Origin: Nostoc punctiforme PCC 73102
GTDB taxonomy: Bacteria; Cyanobacteriota; Cyanobacteriia; Cyanobacteriales; Nostocaceae
Length of the DNA stretch: 32,000 nucleotides
Direction: 5' to 3'
Assembly (NCBI RefSeq): GCF_000020025.1
Contig: NC_010628.1
Span: forward strand, 3,540,001 to 3,572,000
A model generated the notes under the pieces. It was not told where the DNA came from, searched no databases, and worked only from the letters and a program-made list of their open reading frames with translations. Positions 27,723 to 32,000 of this stretch are shown here, piece by piece. Both the position numbers and the translations under genes were made by a program. Numbering within the stretch: position 1 is the first letter of the stretch; each line of letters starts with the position of its first letter.

Positions 27723-28578
27723 CTGGCTAGCAAATACATAGACGTACTTGCTAGTGTATGCCTTACTTGGATTTTGTTGCGGCCAATTTGGTAAATAGTT
27801 TATTGTTGCAGAGGTCGTTGCAGTAACAGGTAAATAGCAAAATTGGGCGACGATCGCATCAATAAATTTCCACACCCAAGAAATCCAACCTTTTTGCTTG
27901 GCTAAGTCAACTAGATTATCTAAACATTTGTTAACATCAGGTCGCAGAATCAATATTGGTAATAACATTTACTCTTTAATCTATCTCCTTGATCGCTTTG
28001 ACCAAGAAACGTGGGCTGATAAGTTTGGCTAACGCTTCTAGGGGAATACTTCTTGATGTCCAGAAAACTAGTGACTTTACCCCAAAATAACGCTCTGTGT
28101 TAACAGATAGTGCAAGAAGGCAGTTCTTGCTGGAGGTGGTAAGTAATAAAGCTTATGCACTAAAGTTAAGCTTTTAGCTTTTTTCAACTGGATATTTATT
28201 TATGCATGCTTATGCTAGCGACTCAACAGCTTAATGCAGCAACTGAGTGTTAAGACTTAGTAAATCTTTGATGATGAGGTATATGTCGCCATAACGAGAC
28301 ACAGTAGCTAATTTATTGTTTGCGTATCTGTAATCTATGTCTATAAATAGATATATTTTTTAATTTTGCTCCTTGATAAGATACTTAAACGAACTTAAAG
28401 GATTGTCGCATTCTAAATCATTATAATTCCTCAAGGTTCTAAAGCGAATCTTTGGGGCCATAATTGTTGTAGCCGTCGCTATCGATCGGGAGTTTAAATA
28501 CCAGTAAGACGCTGGGGAGGCTAGTTGCTATAAATTGGAAACGTCGCCTCTTGGAAAAATGCACTTGTCCACAAGCAA

Positions 28579-31500
28579 GTGTCCGTGAGGGGAAATCCCA
28601 TTCTTTTATTTAATGGCGTTGAAATAACCAGAGTTGCTTATATGAGTCTTCTTAGAGGATATGGCTTCAGGCGAAAAGACCATCAACAGTTGGCAGATGG
28701 AGATGCCGGAGGTTTCCACAGGAAGAATGACCCCCAAAGCCCTATGTTAATGCTAGATTACCCGCTTTCTGACTTTCAAGCAACCGTAGCTAGCTGCCTC
28801 CAGACATCTTCTTTGGCAGTGGTGCTGGAGATTTTTGAGCAAGAGCAGTGCGATCGCTTGGTAGTAGTGAATCAGCAGCAATACCCCATCGGATTGCTGT
28901 ATTCTGCCCGTTTAATCCAAAAATTATTAGCACATAGTGACGATAAAAATCTAAATTTACATCAATCACTCTCTACTTGGGGTCAAGGTCTAATTGAGCC
29001 AATACAAACAATATCAGCCTCTGAGCGTGTAGAGCAATTAAGCTTGCACTTGGGTTATCCACAAGCCGAAAAACATCAGAACTTAGATTTGGCGCTGATT
29101 GACTCTGATGGCCGATATTTGGGTCTGCTGGATAGTTCGCACCTGTTGCGATCGCTGGCTAAGGAACGCATGGCTGGGTTACAAAGCTCAGGCATCCGGA
29201 AGTCGGGCCATGAGCATGAGTATGATACTGATGTACAGCCACCAAATAAAGCCAAATCATTGAGACACCAGCCACTGATACTGTTGCTGGAAAGACTGCC
29301 TTGGCCTTTAATGTTGCAAACGTCTACTGGCGAGGTGTTAGCCCGAAATCCCGCCTGGTGGCAGCAATTAGGAGCCTTAAAAGATCCAGAAGGAGTTAGG
29401 CAACAAGTGGAAGCAATACTTGTCCCTAAGCCCTCCGAAAAATCTGAATATGTCACCCAACGAGCAATCAAAGTTCATCCCAATGGCAGGGAGAATGAAT
29501 ATGGTAGTGAAGAGGAACTGACTCAGCAAGAAGCATCACTAGATGCTGTATACAGTCGCTGCTATTTGGATAGTCAAGTGGGTACTTGTACCTGTGTTGT
29601 GGAAGTGCAAAATGGTCAGGAGCGAATTTGGCAGTTTGCCAAAATTCCTTTAGATAGTCCTGAGTTTAAAGTCATGAGTGCTGAGTCAGAGGTTTTACTC
29701 AGCAATGATTTGTGGTTAGTTTTAGCTACTGATGTAACTGAACAGCAGCAGCTTTGCAAAGAGTTAGCTGCGAAAAATGCCGATTTAATTCAACTAAATC
29801 GGTTGAAGGATGAGTTTTTAGCTTGTATTAGTCATGAACTCAAAACTCCCCTAACTGCCGTTTTAGGATTATCTCGCTTGCTGGTGGATCAGCAGTTGGG
29901 AGAACTTAATGAGCGTCAAGCTCGTTATGCAGGACTAATCCATCAAAGTGGCCGCCACCTGATGAGTGTGGTTAATGACATTTTAGATTTGACCCGAATG
30001 GAAACGGGACAAATGGATTTGACGCTGACACCAGTGAAAATTAGTGCCGTGTGCGATCGCGCCCTATCGGAAGCCAAAGCCATCCACACTCAAACTACTA
30101 AAACGACATCCCAAACTCAAGAAAATGACCGTTCATCTGCTCCCCAATTCTGCCTTTCCATTGAACTAGGCTTAGATGAAATGGTGGCAGATGAGTTGCG
30201 CTTGCGCCAGATGCTAGTACACCTACTTTCCAACGCCTTTAAATTCACTGAAATATCCGGCGAAATTGGGCTGCGGGTAAGTCGTTGGGAAGGATGGATT
30301 GCCTTTACAATTTGGGATACAGGTATTGGCATTCCAGAACACCAGCAACACCTAATTTTTCAAAAATTCCAACAACTAGAAAATCCCCTCACCCGCCAAT
30401 TTGAAGGCACTGGTTTGGGGCTGGTATTAACTCGGGCCTTAGCTCGTCTCCACGGAGGAGATGTCAGCTTCTTGTCTCGTGAAGGGAAAGGTAGCCAGTT
30501 TACACTACTTCTGCCGCCCAGTCCCCCGAAAACAGGCTTTTCGGAGCCAGATATGGTAATCAGAGCAGACGAGAAGACACGACACCAACAGACACGGGAA
30601 AACACCGCAGCCACTCGTCAGCAGATCGTTACGCCTACACAGCATCATCCCGCGAGTTCCCAACGATTGGTCTTAGTAGTCGAGGCTGTAGCCCGATATA
30701 TTGAAGACTTGACCGAAAAACTCAAATCTTTAGGATATCGGGTAGTAATTGCGCGATCGGGGACAGAAGCAGTCGAAAAAGCTCGGCGCTTGCAACCAAT
30801 AGCGATATTTTTGAATCCGTTGCTACCCTTGCTGTCAGGCTGGGATGTGTTGACTTTACTAAAATCTGACACGGCAACCCGTCATATATCTGTAATAGTT
30901 ACCGCAACGGGGGCCGAAAAGGAGAAAGCATTTGCTAACCGAGCCGATGGTTTCTTAAGTTTGCCAGTGGAGCATCAGGTATTGGCACCAGTTCTCGAAA
31001 AATTATGTACTGCCCAAGTAGCTCCGCAGGTAGGGTTGGAAAATAGCGCCATTGTCCCGCCTAAAACCCCACTGCGAATTCTCAGGTTGGTGAATCCCCA
31101 ATTGGAATCGGTTAATCCCCACCCCTCACTTCGAGAACATCGGGTGATTGAAGTAGATGACTTAGATCAAGCAGAACTTTTGGCGCGGGTATGGCAATTT
31201 GATGTCATTTTGCTAGATGTCGAAAGTACCACTGCCCAAATTTATTTGCAACAACTAATCCAGCACCCACGTTTGGCGGCTCTACCATTGGTTACTTGCG
31301 ACGTTGCAACTACCTTAATAGCTTCTAAGATACCAGGGTTATCTGTATTTCCTTACTTAACACCATTTACCAAAGACAACAGCAGTCGCATCGAAAAAAC
31401 AGATGCCTTACTATCAGTACTGCAAATTGCTTCTGGTATTTGCTGCCCTCCTAACATCTTGGTTGTGGATTTGACAATGCTGCGTGATTTCCCACAGGTA

Positions 31501-31998
31501 AGACGTAAGTCAGCTAAGGGTTATCGGACAGCAAAAAATTGCTCAATTAGTAGTGAAACTGCTGAAAGGGGGTCTGAGTGGTTCCAAGCTTTAATTCAGT
31601 ATTTACAAACAGCAGGCTTTAAAGCAGCTATGAGTCCCTGTTGGGCAGAAGTGTTACAACAAATTCGCCACCAAAGCGTTGATTTACTGCTAATTTGTTT
31701 AGGAGAATCCGCTATCCACAAAGATGTGCTAAAAGCCCTGAAAACATTGGGAGATTCACCTGATAAATTACCACCAATTTTGGTACTAAATCAGCGATTA
31801 AATCGCCCAGACACCAATTTTCCGGTTGGGGTAGCTTATAAGGAAATTGACAAGCAGAAAAAGAATAGCTTGGAATCGATAGAGACTGTTGTTGGTGCGA
31901 TCGCTACCCAAATATTACCGCGCTCGATATCAATGGAAGACCTCTTAAACCAGATCAATCAAGCCTTAGCTGTCAATGGTTACAATGGCAAATGTTAA
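28579..31998 (+). CDS. Multidomain sensor histidine kinase: CBS pair, PAS-like, HisKA, HATPase_c, then three degenerate receiver-like domains
   Basis: H-box ISHELKTPL (His419, nt 29833-29835), N-box LLSNAFKFT, G1 WDTGIGI, G2 GTGLGL. The receiver-like fold at aa 696-805 has Asn746 (nt 30814-30816) at the phospho-acceptor position. The start is uncertain: GTG 28579 sits inside a hairpin, and ATG 28642 and 28744 are alternatives. Confidence 0.85.
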   Translation: MSVRGNPILLFNGVEITRVAYMSLLRGYGFRRKDHQQLADGDAGGFHRKNDPQSPMLMLDYPLSDFQATVASCLQTSSLAVVLEIFEQEQCDRLVVVNQQQYPIGLLYSARLIQKLLAHSDDKNLNLHQSLSTWGQGLIEPIQTISASERVEQLSLHLGYPQAEKHQNLDLALIDSDGRYLGLLDSSHLLRSLAKERMAGLQSSGIRKSGHEHEYDTDVQPPNKAKSLRHQPLILLLERLPWPLMLQTSTGEVLARNPAWWQQLGALKDPEGVRQQVEAILVPKPSEKSEYVTQRAIKVHPNGRENEYGSEEELTQQEASLDAVYSRCYLDSQVGTCTCVVEVQNGQERIWQFAKIPLDSPEFKVMSAESEVLLSNDLWLVLATDVTEQQQLCKELAAKNADLIQLNRLKDEFLACISHELKTPLTAVLGLSRLLVDQQLGELNERQARYAGLIHQSGRHLMSVVNDILDLTRMETGQMDLTLTPVKISAVCDRALSEAKAIHTQTTKTTSQTQENDRSSAPQFCLSIELGLDEMVADELRLRQMLVHLLSNAFKFTEISGEIGLRVSRWEGWIAFTIWDTGIGIPEHQQHLIFQKFQQLENPLTRQFEGTGLGLVLTRALARLHGGDVSFLSREGKGSQFTLLLPPSPPKTGFSEPDMVIRADEKTRHQQTRENTAATRQQIVTPTQHHPASSQRLVLVVEAVARYIEDLTEKLKSLGYRVVIARSGTEAVEKARRLQPIAIFLNPLLPLLSGWDVLTLLKSDTATRHISVIVTATGAEKEKAFANRADGFLSLPVEHQVLAPVLEKLCTAQVAPQVGLENSAIVPPKTPLRILRLVNPQLESVNPHPSLREHRVIEVDDLDQAELLARVWQFDVILLDVESTTAQIYLQQLIQHPRLAALPLVTCDVATTLIASKIPGLSVFPYLTPFTKDNSSRIEKTDALLSVLQIASGICCPPNILVVDLTMLRDFPQVRRKSAKGYRTAKNCSISSETAERGSEWFQALIQYLQTAGFKAAMSPCWAEVLQQIRHQSVDLLLICLGESAIHKDVLKALKTLGDSPDKLPPILVLNQRLNRPDTNFPVGVAYKEIDKQKKNSLESIETVVGAIATQILPRSISMEDLLNQINQALAVNGYNGKC

Positions 31999-32000
31999 TG

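Noticed and set aside
28561-28585. Hairpin CACTTG-TCCACAAG-CAAGTG overlapping the GTG start given for the histidine kinase.
   Set aside because: It is too short to assign a function. I used it only as a reason to doubt GTG 28579 as the true start.
29076-30872. Several antisense ORFs (29076-29471, 30117-30332, 30360-30614, 30645-30872) within the histidine kinase gene. Similar shadow ORFs lie inside prlC, the oxygenase, the TolC-like gene, kaiC and the GT2 gene.
   Set aside because: All lie opposite or out of frame to long CDSs with clear domain motifs and show biased, low-complexity translations typical of shadow ORFs.

Overview
This window looks like chromosomal DNA from a heterocyst-forming (Nostocales-type) cyanobacterium. 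Three things support that: I counted at least 25 copies of the HIP1 octamer GCGATCGC by eye, tandem heptamer (STRR-like) repeats sit at gene ends, and a kaiA-kaiB-kaiC cluster with a short, C-terminal-domain-only KaiA lies directly upstream of a long TolC/HgdD-like outer-membrane gene. Most of the content is housekeeping or accessory metabolism: oligopeptidase A, a PadR regulator abutting a carotenoid-cleavage oxygenase, a CAP-domain lipoprotein, an HGSNAT-like membrane acyltransferase, peroxiredoxin Q/BCP, long HPF (LrtA), LipB, a divergent amino-acid ABC transporter with a fused binding-protein/permease, a family 2 glycosyltransferase in an AT-rich island, a YegS-type lipid kinase, ExoD, an SDR, a PSII-type S4-domain protein and several hypotheticals. 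I found no CRISPR array, rRNA or tRNA, and no recognisable defence or toxin-antitoxin system. The signals not explained by the CDS track are:
1. A three-copy, roughly 144-bp tandem array at 17671-18050. Each unit carries a structurally conserved minus-strand Rho-independent terminator, giving an NsiR1-like tandem sRNA architecture.
2. A 1139-aa CBS/PAS histidine kinase with three degenerate (pseudo-)receiver domains, divergent from the truncated kaiA.
3. An unexplained 83-codon open extension upstream of the KaiA domain.
4. Two MITE-like palindromic elements with target-site duplications that bracket a small gene.
5. Smaller repeats: heptamers, small insertion-like repeats, and direct repeats in the kaiC/tolC junction.
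All functional calls come from motif recognition by eye; no database search was run.
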